A DNA stretch of 64,000 nt, taken from positions 5,984,001 through 6,048,000 of the forward strand of contig OY970194.1 of assembly GCA_963708075.1 (NCBI GenBank), written 5' to 3'. Positions 38,606 through 47,700 of this stretch are shown here, piece after piece. The position numbers and the translations under genes are program-made. Under the pieces are notes generated by a model. The model was not told the DNA's origin. It did no database searches and saw nothing but the letters and a program-made list of their open reading frames with translations. The first letter of the stretch is position 1; the number at the start of each line of letters is the position of its first letter. The stretch comes from Sedimentisphaerales bacterium (GTDB lineage Bacteria > Planctomycetota > Phycisphaerae > Sedimentisphaerales > Anaerobacaceae).

Positions 38606-40084
38606 TCAGGCATTGACCCCGGATGCAGGTTCGCGTCCGGCTTGACGTTGGTGATTCGCCGGGTTGCGCGGGACATCGCGTTTCTTCTTCTTTTGGCTGC
38701 GGCGTTTCATCAGGCTGCACGCCAGCAGCGGCAGATGCAGGGCCATGCTGGCGGCGTCTCGCCCATTGACCAGCCCGATGCGCCGGGCCTTCCGGGCAAT
38801 GTGCAGCAACTGTGCCGGACTGTAGAACTCCGACCGGATGCGGTTGCGGATTCGCTTGAGCTCCTTGCGGCCGTATTTCTCCGAGTAGACGGTACCGCCG
38901 ATTCGGTTGTAGTAGTAGCCCGGAGTGGACTCCACGACTTCTTTCAACGGCGAGTACTTCTCGATGCGCAGTTTCTGAAAGCTGATGGTGTCCAGCCCGA
39001 TCTCCCGGGCGAACTTCGGGATGTAGAGCATCTCCTCTTCGGTCTCGCCGACGTTGCCGTAGATGAAGTAGCCGTGCAGATGGAAGTTGTACCGGGTCAG
39101 AATGGCAAACGCTTCGCGGATCTGCTGTTGGGTGATGCCCTTCTGCAACTGGGTCAGGATTCGGTCATGCGGCGACTCGACGCCAATCAGAAAGACTTTG
39201 AATCCGGCTTGTTGTGCCTTATCGAGGATCCTGGGGTGCCTGGCAATATCCACCCGGGCCTGGACGACGAACGTCTTCTTGATCCCGTTCTCGATGATCA
39301 GGTCGCAGAGCTGCTCGCTGCGTTTGGGGTTCGTGAACATGTTGTCATCGCTGAAGAGCACAATGTCCGCGGTAATCGTTTTGAGTTCCTCGACGACCGA
39401 TTCGATCGGTCGCTCCGTATAGCTTCTCTTCTGCCCGAGCGGATTGAGGCTGAAGGTACAGAACTTGCATTTGAACGGGCAGCCGCGAGTCGTCAGGATG
39501 GTGTCAAATGTGCGACGGCTGAGCCGAACGCCCCGTTGCAACCAATAGTAGTCGTGTCCCCTCAGGGAGCGATCGGGATAAGCCAGCCCCGCGAGGTCGG
39601 GCAGCGGCTGGTTCTCGTTGTGTACGATATTCCCGTTGTCCCGATAGGAGAGCCCGAGGATTTCCCGGCGAGGCACATCCGCTACGATCCGCCGGATGAT
39701 CTCCTCGCCCTCGCCTCGCACGACCATGTCCACATTCGGGCATCGCTTGAAAACCTCTTCCACTTCCAGCGTCGCCTGGTAGCCTCCGACGACTGTGGGA
39801 ACCTCATCGGGCAGCCGGGAGATGAAGTCGCAGATGTTCTCGAACTGAGCGTCCCATTGGATGCTGATGCACAGAAGGTCGATCTCGGCCTTGATAAACC
39901 GGTTCAGGGTTTCCAGGTCCTGGTATGCCTTCTCGTAACGAAGATCGAGAAGCGTCACCTTGCCAACCAGGTCCTTCATGTTGGCGGCGATATACTCCAG
40001 GCCGGTCGGGGGGAATACCCCCAGGGCGGCCGTCGAACTCCCGAAATATGGATTCAGCGCAAGAACATGTCGGTATTTAGCCAT
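38606..40084 (-). CDS. B12-binding radical SAM protein (paralog 2)
   Basis: Same motifs as paralog 1; long identical peptide blocks. Confidence 0.9.
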   Translation of the reverse strand: MAKYRHVLALNPYFGSSTAALGVFPPTGLEYIAANMKDLVGKVTLLDLRYEKAYQDLETLNRFIKAEIDLLCISIQWDAQFENICDFISRLPDEVPTVVGGYQATLEVEEVFKRCPNVDMVVRGEGEEIIRRIVADVPRREILGLSYRDNGNIVHNENQPLPDLAGLAYPDRSLRGHDYYWLQRGVRLSRRTFDTILTTRGCPFKCKFCTFSLNPLGQKRSYTERPIESVVEELKTITADIVLFSDDNMFTNPKRSEQLCDLIIENGIKKTFVVQARVDIARHPRILDKAQQAGFKVFLIGVESPHDRILTQLQKGITQQQIREAFAILTRYNFHLHGYFIYGNVGETEEEMLYIPKFAREIGLDTISFQKLRIEKYSPLKEVVESTPGYYYNRIGGTVYSEKYGRKELKRIRNRIRSEFYSPAQLLHIARKARRIGLVNGRDAASMALHLPLLACSLMKRRSQKKKKRDVPRNPANHQRQAGREPASGVNA

Positions 40085-40121
40085 GAACACAGTATAGGCG
40101 ATGAGAGTCCATCCGGCAACA

Positions 40122-40199
40122 AATTACCATTTGCGAATTACGATTTACGATTGAGCATGGCCGGACAAATCGTAAATCATAATCCGTAAATCGTAAATC
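40122..40199. repeat. inverted GATTTAC heptamer array
   Basis: Minus strand after TAA: GATTTAC GATTTAC GGATTAT GATTTAC GATTTG ... AATCGTAAATCGTAATTCGCAAATGGTAAT. Confidence 0.8.
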
Positions 40200-41987
40200 T
40201 TAGAGGGAGCCGTCTTTTCGCAGCAGGCCGCCCTTGGCGGAATCGACCGTCACGGTGAATGCACCGCTGCCCTGCACGATAAACTGCACGCGAGCCTCGT
40301 CCATACCGTCAACGGTGTCGAGCTCCACCCGCTCCGGCCGGGACTCGACAGCCTCGACCCGCTTGAAGAATCGGTCCATGACGCGTCCGGCGGAGATGAC
40401 CTTGATACCGTTGCCCCCAATGGAGACGATGTCTGGCGGGCTGATGCGATGGCGCACGTCGTGGGCGGTCCGCGTCGGGGCCAATCGCTGGTTCTCGATG
40501 GTCACCCAGACCTTGAACAAGCCGGGGCCCAGCGGCTCCGCACTCACGTCGCTGATGCGGAGCAGCGGCATCGTGCCCGCGTGGTAGAGCGTGAACGCCA
40601 TGTTCCGGTGGAGCTCCTCTTCGAGCAGGAACGACGGCGGCGTGCGGCCCCATTCCTTCCGGAAGCCCCCGATCTCGATGCGCCCGTACGTCGGATGATC
40701 GTATTCCCGCCAGGCGACCATGCCGTCGCCGAGCAGGACGTGCTTCATGAACTCGGCTTCGTCCTCGTCCGAAGGTGAGCCGTCCGCCTTGTACAGGTTA
40801 CGAGGCGTCCACATTTCGTTGGTGTACGCCAGGATGCCCCGGGCGCCGTAGAACCACGTGTCCTCGTCGCCCCAGGTCGTGTACAGGTCCTTCCAGGAGA
40901 TGATCGAACGGTAATAAGGCAGGATGCGCTCCCCGTGCCGGCCGATGAAGATCAGCAGCCGCTCGTCGGCGGGCTGCATGGCGCCGTTCTCGTTGCCGGG
41001 CCCGCGCAGGATCATGCCGCCGGAATTGTGGTAGCACTGGGCCGCGGCGATATTCGGGTGGGCCAGTACGAACTGTGCGATGGCCCGGCACTCCGGCTGC
41101 GAAAACGGGTAGTCCCGGGCCCCATACTGGATATAGCCTGGCTGCCAGTCGAAGGCCCAGTTGCGATTGAGGTCGTAGCCGCCCCGGCCGTCCTCATTGA
41201 CCCGGCCGTCGCCGTCATTGTCGGTTCCCTCCCAGCCGAGCAGGGTGAATTCGCCCAGCTCGTCATCCTTGGCCCGGATCATGAGGCACTCCGGATAATC
41301 CGGGTGACGTTTGTACCGGCCATGCACATCCTTCATGCGCATCTGGGTGATGACGCCGTCGCCGTTGAGGTCCTCGCAGTCGTCCTCGTCGCAGACGCCG
41401 TCCCTGTCGTTGTCGGTCGGCTGCGAGCCGCTGCGGCCGGACATCGCCCCGTCGCTGTCGTGCAGCCAGAAGTCCCGCCCGTCCGGGTTGACCATCGGCA
41501 CGAGGTAGAACGCGTAATCGTTGAGCAGGGAGGTCACCTTGTCCAACCGGCCGTACTGATGGCACAGGTACCAGCCCGTATAGGCGATCACTTCACCCGC
41601 CTGAACCTCGTTGCCGTGGATGTTTCCGTCGATGTACATCGCCGGCTTGCGGTCGGGATTGCCCACGTTGCGGGCGGTGACCTCCAGGCACCAGAGGTCC
41701 CTGCCCTCGGTGGATTTGCCGATGGAGTACAGCCGGGTCAGCTCGGGGAACGCCTCATGCAGCCGCGACAGGATATTCGCCAGGCCTGCGTGATCGTAGT
41801 GCCGGTTCCAGGCGACATCCACCTTCCGCTCGGCGGGGGCGCCCAGGGCGCCGAACGCATGATCGGCCGGTTTCAAAGGCTCCGCCTGTCCACCCGGCGC
41901 CGTCCCGGCTGTCAGTACGGCCGACGAAAGCACATATGATAAAACCACTACGTTCACACGCAAATCACTCTTGAGCGTTGACATCAT
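40200..41987 (-). CDS. secreted M14 zinc carboxypeptidase
   Basis: SIGKS.EGR, HGNE zinc ligands, NPDG, DLNRNW, YHN; DxDxDG Ca-binding loops. Confidence 0.88.
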   Translation of the reverse strand: MMSTLKSDLRVNVVVLSYVLSSAVLTAGTAPGGQAEPLKPADHAFGALGAPAERKVDVAWNRHYDHAGLANILSRLHEAFPELTRLYSIGKSTEGRDLWCLEVTARNVGNPDRKPAMYIDGNIHGNEVQAGEVIAYTGWYLCHQYGRLDKVTSLLNDYAFYLVPMVNPDGRDFWLHDSDGAMSGRSGSQPTDNDRDGVCDEDDCEDLNGDGVITQMRMKDVHGRYKRHPDYPECLMIRAKDDELGEFTLLGWEGTDNDGDGRVNEDGRGGYDLNRNWAFDWQPGYIQYGARDYPFSQPECRAIAQFVLAHPNIAAAQCYHNSGGMILRGPGNENGAMQPADERLLIFIGRHGERILPYYRSIISWKDLYTTWGDEDTWFYGARGILAYTNEMWTPRNLYKADGSPSDEDEAEFMKHVLLGDGMVAWREYDHPTYGRIEIGGFRKEWGRTPPSFLLEEELHRNMAFTLYHAGTMPLLRISDVSAEPLGPGLFKVWVTIENQRLAPTRTAHDVRHRISPPDIVSIGGNGIKVISAGRVMDRFFKRVEAVESRPERVELDTVDGMDEARVQFIVQGSGAFTVTVDSAKGGLLRKDGSL

Positions 41988-42045
41988 AGCAACTATCTCT
42001 CACATAAGAACGGCCCGAACGCTGCGGCACCCCGATAATCTACTC

Positions 42046-43854
42046 TCATGGACGGGACTGATTTGTGCCTGTCTCATTCGTCTTGAGCAACTCGATGGTT
42101 CCTTCGGTCCGGCCGGCGAGTACGGAGATGACCTGGAAGCGGACCTCTTTCCGATCCGGCACGCGGACTGTGTAACGTGCTTTCGCCGTGCCGCCGCTGC
42201 CGGCAATCGGGGGCAGGACCGTCGTCTTCGTCCCGGCCAGGAAGCACTGCGGCTCGAGCTCCAGGACTACCCGCGTCGGATACACCTCCCGCGTCGTCTC
42301 CCCGTGCGCCAGCGAAGTCGGAAGGAAGCCCGTGTTGGTCACGAGGATCTCGATCTCATACAGCGAATCGGCCAGCAGGCGGCACCCGGTCCGGGCGACG
42401 CTGATTCGCGGCAGCCGCTGGGCCAGCTCCGTGAGGAAGTCCCCGTGTTTGGCGGCCAGGTCCACGAGCATGGCCACGGGCGGGTTCGTGCGGGCGAACG
42501 GCCGGTAGCCGCCCACCTCGACGCGCCGGCCGGGGAACTCGGGATGCTCGATCGCCAGCCACGCGACAAATGCATCCGGCGCGTGCTCGTCGAGCCACTT
42601 GAGCTGCTCGCGCTCCTCCTTGTTGCGCTTGTCGCCTTCCTTCTCGCGTTTTGCATCGGCCTTTGGGGCATTGGGATCGTTGGGCTCGGCGGGCTTCGTG
42701 TCTTTGGGTTCTTTATCTTTCGCCTTCTGGGCTTTCGAGATTGCGACGGCCAGGGCCGCATCCCAGGGTCGCGCCGCCAGCGACAGTCGGCCCCGATGGA
42801 AGTACATCCAGTCGCTGAAGGTGCCCGGCTCGACTGTGCATTCCAACTCCTTGTCGAGGCCGAGCTTTGTCCGATAGATCTTGCCGAGCGCCTCATGGTA
42901 GCCAATGTCCTTCTCATCGATGGCTTCCATGGGCTTGGCCCGGCCGGCCGATGCCGCACATTTCGGCGTCTTGCGCAGGTTGTCCGCCGCACCGTAGGTC
43001 AGGACAACGCCGACGTTCGGATGCGCGATCACGAAATCGGCGAGCGCCCTTGTCTCGATTTCGCAGACCGGATGGACGCCCGCCTCCGCGCTGAAAAACG
43101 CGTTGCCATACGGGAAATTGCGATTGAAATTGGTGCCGCCGGGACCGTCCTCATTCCACCGCTTGTCATGGTCGCTGTCGATGCCCTCCGGCAGCAGCCG
43201 CCAGCCGGGCGTTTCCCCCTTCATCGGGTCGGCCTTGAGCAGCAGCCGGTTGTCATTTGGGTCAAGGGCGTACTGGCCCTCCTTATCCTCGACTCGCATC
43301 ATGGTGATCAGGCCGTCGCCGTTGAGGTCCTCGCCGCCGTCTTCGTCCGTGAGCCCGTCGTGGTCATCGTCGAATGGCGACCCATTGACATTCATCTCGA
43401 TCCTCGGCTCGACAAAAAACCGCTCCACGGCATCCGGATTGAGGCACGGGACGACGTAGATTGTCGTGGTCTTGAGGAATTGGGCCTTGGCCGGCTCCTC
43501 GCGGTACTGCTTGAGCAGGGACTCGACCCAGGCGACTGCCGTGAAGGGTCCGACGAGGTCGTTGCCCTCGATGCCTGCGACGACGAGCATGGCGGGACGC
43601 GCGTTGTGATCCTGCTCGGCCCCGCCGCCGATGTCGATGAGCCAGACTTTGCGCTTCTCTCGCGACTCGGCCAGCTCGCGGACGCGGACGAGATTCGGGT
43701 CCTGCTCGCCCAGCCACGCCAGCCGCTCGCCCAGCGCCTTACAGTTGTAGTATTCCGCTCCCTGTGTTATCGCCGGCCCGGCCAGCAGCAGTGTGATCAG
43801 CACCAGCAAGGCCCGCCGCCCATACGATTCCATCGCAGACAGTTCCACGCACAC
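42046..43854 (-). CDS. secreted M14-like peptidase homolog with degenerate zinc ligands
   Basis: M14 scaffold (NPD, NFNRNF, ETRAL) but GIEGND replaces HxxE and LTYG replaces the third His. Confidence 0.75.
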   Translation of the reverse strand: MCVELSAMESYGRRALLVLITLLLAGPAITQGAEYYNCKALGERLAWLGEQDPNLVRVRELAESREKRKVWLIDIGGGAEQDHNARPAMLVVAGIEGNDLVGPFTAVAWVESLLKQYREEPAKAQFLKTTTIYVVPCLNPDAVERFFVEPRIEMNVNGSPFDDDHDGLTDEDGGEDLNGDGLITMMRVEDKEGQYALDPNDNRLLLKADPMKGETPGWRLLPEGIDSDHDKRWNEDGPGGTNFNRNFPYGNAFFSAEAGVHPVCEIETRALADFVIAHPNVGVVLTYGAADNLRKTPKCAASAGRAKPMEAIDEKDIGYHEALGKIYRTKLGLDKELECTVEPGTFSDWMYFHRGRLSLAARPWDAALAVAISKAQKAKDKEPKDTKPAEPNDPNAPKADAKREKEGDKRNKEEREQLKWLDEHAPDAFVAWLAIEHPEFPGRRVEVGGYRPFARTNPPVAMLVDLAAKHGDFLTELAQRLPRISVARTGCRLLADSLYEIEILVTNTGFLPTSLAHGETTREVYPTRVVLELEPQCFLAGTKTTVLPPIAGSGGTAKARYTVRVPDRKEVRFQVISVLAGRTEGTIELLKTNETGTNQSRP

Positions 43855-44046
43855 GCGACCATCCTTAACAGAGCCCTTGTTGTCTTTGTACTGCCCATAC
43901 TCTAATGCGCAACCGCCCCCGTGACAACAAGCTACTCGACTGCGCCGGCGGCGACCGGCCGATGTGCCCCCAGACGCACTGCATGGATGCTCTGGAAAGT
44001 GCCACTGAGCTTCGCGGGGGTACTTGCCGCAATTACGACCAGGAGA

Positions 44047-44880
44047 TCAAGTCAGCCAGCTTTGAACCCATGGCAAGGGTTTGACGGATTCCAGCGTATC
44101 CTGGTCGGGACTCGGCAGCTGCCAGAAGAAGTCCAACCCGGCTCGCTTCTCCACTTCGTCAACCGTGGTCAGATAATTGAGTACAGGCGACGTGCGCGGC
44201 GCGGTTTGCTCCATGATGAAGGCGGCCACGTGCAAGGTGCCATGATCGCTGATGGCGACGATCTTCCAAAAGGCGCTCGGCACCGTGTGCGAGTCATCGC
44301 AGTTTGGCAGGGGCGGCATATTGACTTCGTAGATCGGGCCGGCCATCACCCACGCACTGCCGTGCCTGAGTACAAGGTCGCGGACCTTCGATTCGAGTTC
44401 CTCCCAGGGGCCTCTGTTCAGGTCAGGCCGTTGCGGCACGATGTTGCTGTAATAGTTCACCTGTGATGCAAATCGCGAGCCCTTGAATGCCGCCAGCGGA
44501 GCCAGATGGCCCCGGTCATAGGTTTTCTGATTTCGGTACGCATCCCGGTCTACCGGCTTGGCGGTCAGCGTCTCGGATGGCGCAAGCCACGGATCAGTGC
44601 GCCAGTTTCGTTCCAAGTCCAAGTCACCATCCACTTCGTGGCATGTCAGGTAGCAGCAGACCCAGTCGGCGAATTTCGTGGTGTCGTTGCTGCTCAGGGC
44701 GTACAGGTCTCGGACGATCAGGTCATTCGATGGCGGCGCGCCCAGCGGATAGCCATAGAAGAAGTGCTTGCAGTGAATCTCGGGCAGTGACGGCACGACC
44801 GTCTGGCCGGCGACTCGCGCCGCCGGGGCCAGCGCGGCTGAGAGAATCGTGATGGTCAGGATATAGCTTCGGCAATTCAT
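44047..44880 (-). CDS. secreted DNA/RNA non-specific endonuclease (NucA/EndoG type)
   Basis: Signal peptide, YDRGHLAP, SNIVPQ...LN.G.W..LE, VP..FWKI. Confidence 0.9.
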   Translation of the reverse strand: MNCRSYILTITILSAALAPAARVAGQTVVPSLPEIHCKHFFYGYPLGAPPSNDLIVRDLYALSSNDTTKFADWVCCYLTCHEVDGDLDLERNWRTDPWLAPSETLTAKPVDRDAYRNQKTYDRGHLAPLAAFKGSRFASQVNYYSNIVPQRPDLNRGPWEELESKVRDLVLRHGSAWVMAGPIYEVNMPPLPNCDDSHTVPSAFWKIVAISDHGTLHVAAFIMEQTAPRTSPVLNYLTTVDEVEKRAGLDFFWQLPSPDQDTLESVKPLPWVQSWLT

Positions 44881-44881
44881 G

Positions 44882-46051
44882 TCAAAACTTGATGACTGTC
44901 TTGAGACAATTATCCTTTTTATCCCTGAAAATACGGTAATAGTCGGGCGCCTGGTCCAGGGTGATTCGATGCGTGATGACGGCCGATGGCTTGATTCTGC
45001 CGTCGAGGATGAGTTGCAGGAGGGGGGCCATGTACTTGTGGACGTGGGTTTGGCCGCCGCGCATGGTCAGGCCTTTGTTGAAGAACGCGCCTAGCGGATA
45101 TTTATCCACGAAGCCGCCATAGACGCCGGGAACGGAGATGGTGCCGCCTTTACGGCAGGCCTGAATCACCCAGCGCAGGGCAGTTGGCCGGTCGGTTTCC
45201 AGCCTCAGCGAAGTCTTGACCGAGTCGTAGACGGCCATGAGACTGTCGCCGTGCGCTTCCATGCCGACAGCGTCGATGCAGGAATCCGGCCCATGCCCAT
45301 CAGTCAACTCCTTGATCTTCTCGAAGAGGTCTCTTTCTTCTTTATAATTGATAGGGGTGATTCGGTCGTCCGCCGCCTTCCTGAGCCGGTAGTCGAACCG
45401 GTCGATGAACAGGACTCTCCCCGCTCCCAGCAGCAAAGCGCTGCGGGCTGCGAACTGGCCGACGGAGCCCGCTCCGAACACCGCCACAGTGTCGCCTTCT
45501 TTGATGTCGCAATTTTCCGCTGCCATATATCCGGTGGGGAAGTTGTCGGTGAGCAGCACGGCGTCTTCGTCATCCACCTCCGGCGGGATCGCCACGGGGA
45601 TCTGGTCGGCGAAGGGGACGCGGAGGAACTCAGCCTGTCCGCCGGCGAACCCGCCGAACATGTGCGAATAGCCGAAATAGCCGCTTGGGGAATAGCCGTA
45701 CACTTTCGCCGCCATGGACGCGTTCGGATTGCTGTTGTCGCACAGCGAGTACAAGCCCTTTTCGCAGTAATAACATGCGCCGCAGGAGATATTGAAGGGA
45801 ACCGCGACCCGGTCCCCGTTGTGGAAGCGGCTCACCTGCCTGCCCGTATCCATCACCTCGCCGAAGGCCTCGTGGCCCAGAATATCGCCTCGTTCCATCG
45901 TGGGGATGAAGCCGTCGAACAGGTGCAGGTCGGACCCGCAGATGCCGGAGACCTTCACCCGGATAATCATGTCGGTCGGATCTTCAATCGCGGGATCGGG
46001 GACCTGATCGACATCGACGTGATGCTTGCCGTGCCAGCACAACGCTTTCAT
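44882..46051 (-). CDS. zinc-dependent alcohol/aldehyde dehydrogenase (YbdR/FDH-like)
   Basis: ICGSDLH, LGHE, CxxCxxC, GGQAE.LRVP, CIDAVG.E. Confidence 0.9.
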   Translation of the reverse strand: MKALCWHGKHHVDVDQVPDPAIEDPTDMIIRVKVSGICGSDLHLFDGFIPTMERGDILGHEAFGEVMDTGRQVSRFHNGDRVAVPFNISCGACYYCEKGLYSLCDNSNPNASMAAKVYGYSPSGYFGYSHMFGGFAGGQAEFLRVPFADQIPVAIPPEVDDEDAVLLTDNFPTGYMAAENCDIKEGDTVAVFGAGSVGQFAARSALLLGAGRVLFIDRFDYRLRKAADDRITPINYKEERDLFEKIKELTDGHGPDSCIDAVGMEAHGDSLMAVYDSVKTSLRLETDRPTALRWVIQACRKGGTISVPGVYGGFVDKYPLGAFFNKGLTMRGGQTHVHKYMAPLLQLILDGRIKPSAVITHRITLDQAPDYYRIFRDKKDNCLKTVIKF

Positions 46052-46305
46052 AGCCAACCTCTGTCTGAGAATCGCCTTTGTCGTGCGAGATGATTCTGTT
46101 CGTGAGTCGCTCAGCCCTCTTCATATATCTGCCTGGTCCGCCACGCGATGAGGGCCTTGCTCAGATTGCCGCAGGAAATGGGAAACGTCGCCGGGGATGA
46201 AGGCTGGACATTGGTCTGCCGTTTGCTGAATCCAAGGTAAAGAAAAGGTTGCAGGAGGGCGGGGGGCGGGATAGAATTCCGGGTTTGGCTGGGGAAGAGA
46301 AAGGA

Positions 46306-47571
46306 ATGACAATGAAATATGACGTAGCCGATTTGGCATTGGCGCAAGAAGGCAAAAGAAGGATTCTGTGGGCGGATAACGACATGCCGGTCCTGCGGCA
46401 GATTCGCGAGCGGTTTTCGCGGACCAAGCCGCTGAAGGGCTTGAACGTTTCCGCGTGCCTGCACATCACGGCCGAGACGGCCAACCTGGCGCGAACGCTC
46501 AAGGATAGCGGCGCGAACGCGGTGTTGTGCGCGTCGAACCCGCTGAGTACGCAGGACGATGTGGCGGCCTCGCTGGTCAAGGATTTTGGCATTCCGGTCT
46601 TCGCGATCCGGGGTGAGAACCGGAAGGTCTATTACGACCACATCAACGCGGCCATCGACCACAAGCCTGTGATCACGTTCGACGACGGGGCCGATCTGGT
46701 CAACGAAATGCACATGAAGCGAAAGGACGACGCCAAGCGGATCATTGCCAGCATGGAGGAGACGACTACGGGCGTCATCCGCCTTCGGGCGATGGAGAAG
46801 CAAGGCAAGCTGAAGTTCCCGGTGATCGCGGTCAACGACGCCAAGAGCAAGCATCTGTTCGATAATCGCTACGGCACGGGCCAGTCTACGGTCGATGGAA
46901 TCATCCGGGCGACGGATCATCTGCTGGCGGGGGCGAAGGTCGTCGTCGCGGGCTACGGCTGGTGCGGCCGGGGGTTTGCCATGCGGGCCCGCGGCATGGG
47001 CGCCATCGTCATCGTCACCGAGATCGATCCGATCAAGGCGCTGGAGGCCGCCATGGACGGCTTCGAGGTCATGCCGATGTCGGAGGCGGCCCGGGTCGGC
47101 GACGTGTTCGTGACGCTGACCGGCAACAAGCACGTAATCCGGCCGGAGCATTTCCGCGTGATGAAGGATCGCGCCGCCGTCGCCAACAGCGGCCACTTCA
47201 ATGTCGAGATCGACATCCCGGGCCTCAAGAACATGAGCCGGAAGGTCAATCGCGGCGTGCGAAGGAACGTGGACGAGTATGTCATCAACAAGAAAAGACG
47301 CATCTATCTCCTGGCGGAAGGACGATTGATCAACCTGGCGGCGGCGGAAGGCCATCCCGCCAGCGTGATGGACATGAGCTTCGCTACGCAGGCCCTCCAG
47401 GCCGAATGGGTGGTCAAGAACCAACGCAAGCTGGAGGTCAAAGTCTATGACGTGCCGCTCGAAATCGAGGAGCGGGTCTGCCAACTGAAGCTGCAGGCGA
47501 TGGCGATTGGCATCGACGAGCTGACGCCGGAGCAGGTCGCCTACCTCGCCAGCAGCGGCGAAGGAACGTAA
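46306..47571 (+). CDS. ahcY: adenosylhomocysteinase
   Basis: CLHIT.ETA, SNPLSTQD, DDGAD, EETTTG, K.LFDNRYGTGQS, GYGWCG, GHP..VMDMSF. Confidence 0.97.
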   Translation: MTMKYDVADLALAQEGKRRILWADNDMPVLRQIRERFSRTKPLKGLNVSACLHITAETANLARTLKDSGANAVLCASNPLSTQDDVAASLVKDFGIPVFAIRGENRKVYYDHINAAIDHKPVITFDDGADLVNEMHMKRKDDAKRIIASMEETTTGVIRLRAMEKQGKLKFPVIAVNDAKSKHLFDNRYGTGQSTVDGIIRATDHLLAGAKVVVAGYGWCGRGFAMRARGMGAIVIVTEIDPIKALEAAMDGFEVMPMSEAARVGDVFVTLTGNKHVIRPEHFRVMKDRAAVANSGHFNVEIDIPGLKNMSRKVNRGVRRNVDEYVINKKRRIYLLAEGRLINLAAAEGHPASVMDMSFATQALQAEWVVKNQRKLEVKVYDVPLEIEERVCQLKLQAMAIGIDELTPEQVAYLASSGEGT

Positions 47572-47700
47572 GATTTACGATTTATGATTTACAATTTACG
47601 ATTTGCAGATAGAAGCGCCGACTCACACCGCCTTGTGTCGCGCAACGGCCTTCGAAGGGCGAAGCCAAATCGTAAATCGTAAATGGTAAATGCTAAATGG
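47572..47700. repeat. inverted GATTTAC heptamer array
   Basis: TAA then GATTTAC GATTTAT GATTTAC AATTTAC GATTTG ... CAAATC GTAAATC GTAAATG GTAAATG CTAAATG. Confidence 0.85.

Noticed and set aside
46060..46305. SAH or SAM riboswitch upstream of ahcY
   Set aside because: Could not find the GAGGAGCG...CAGGC core or a SAM-I/II consensus by eye; needs an Rfam scan
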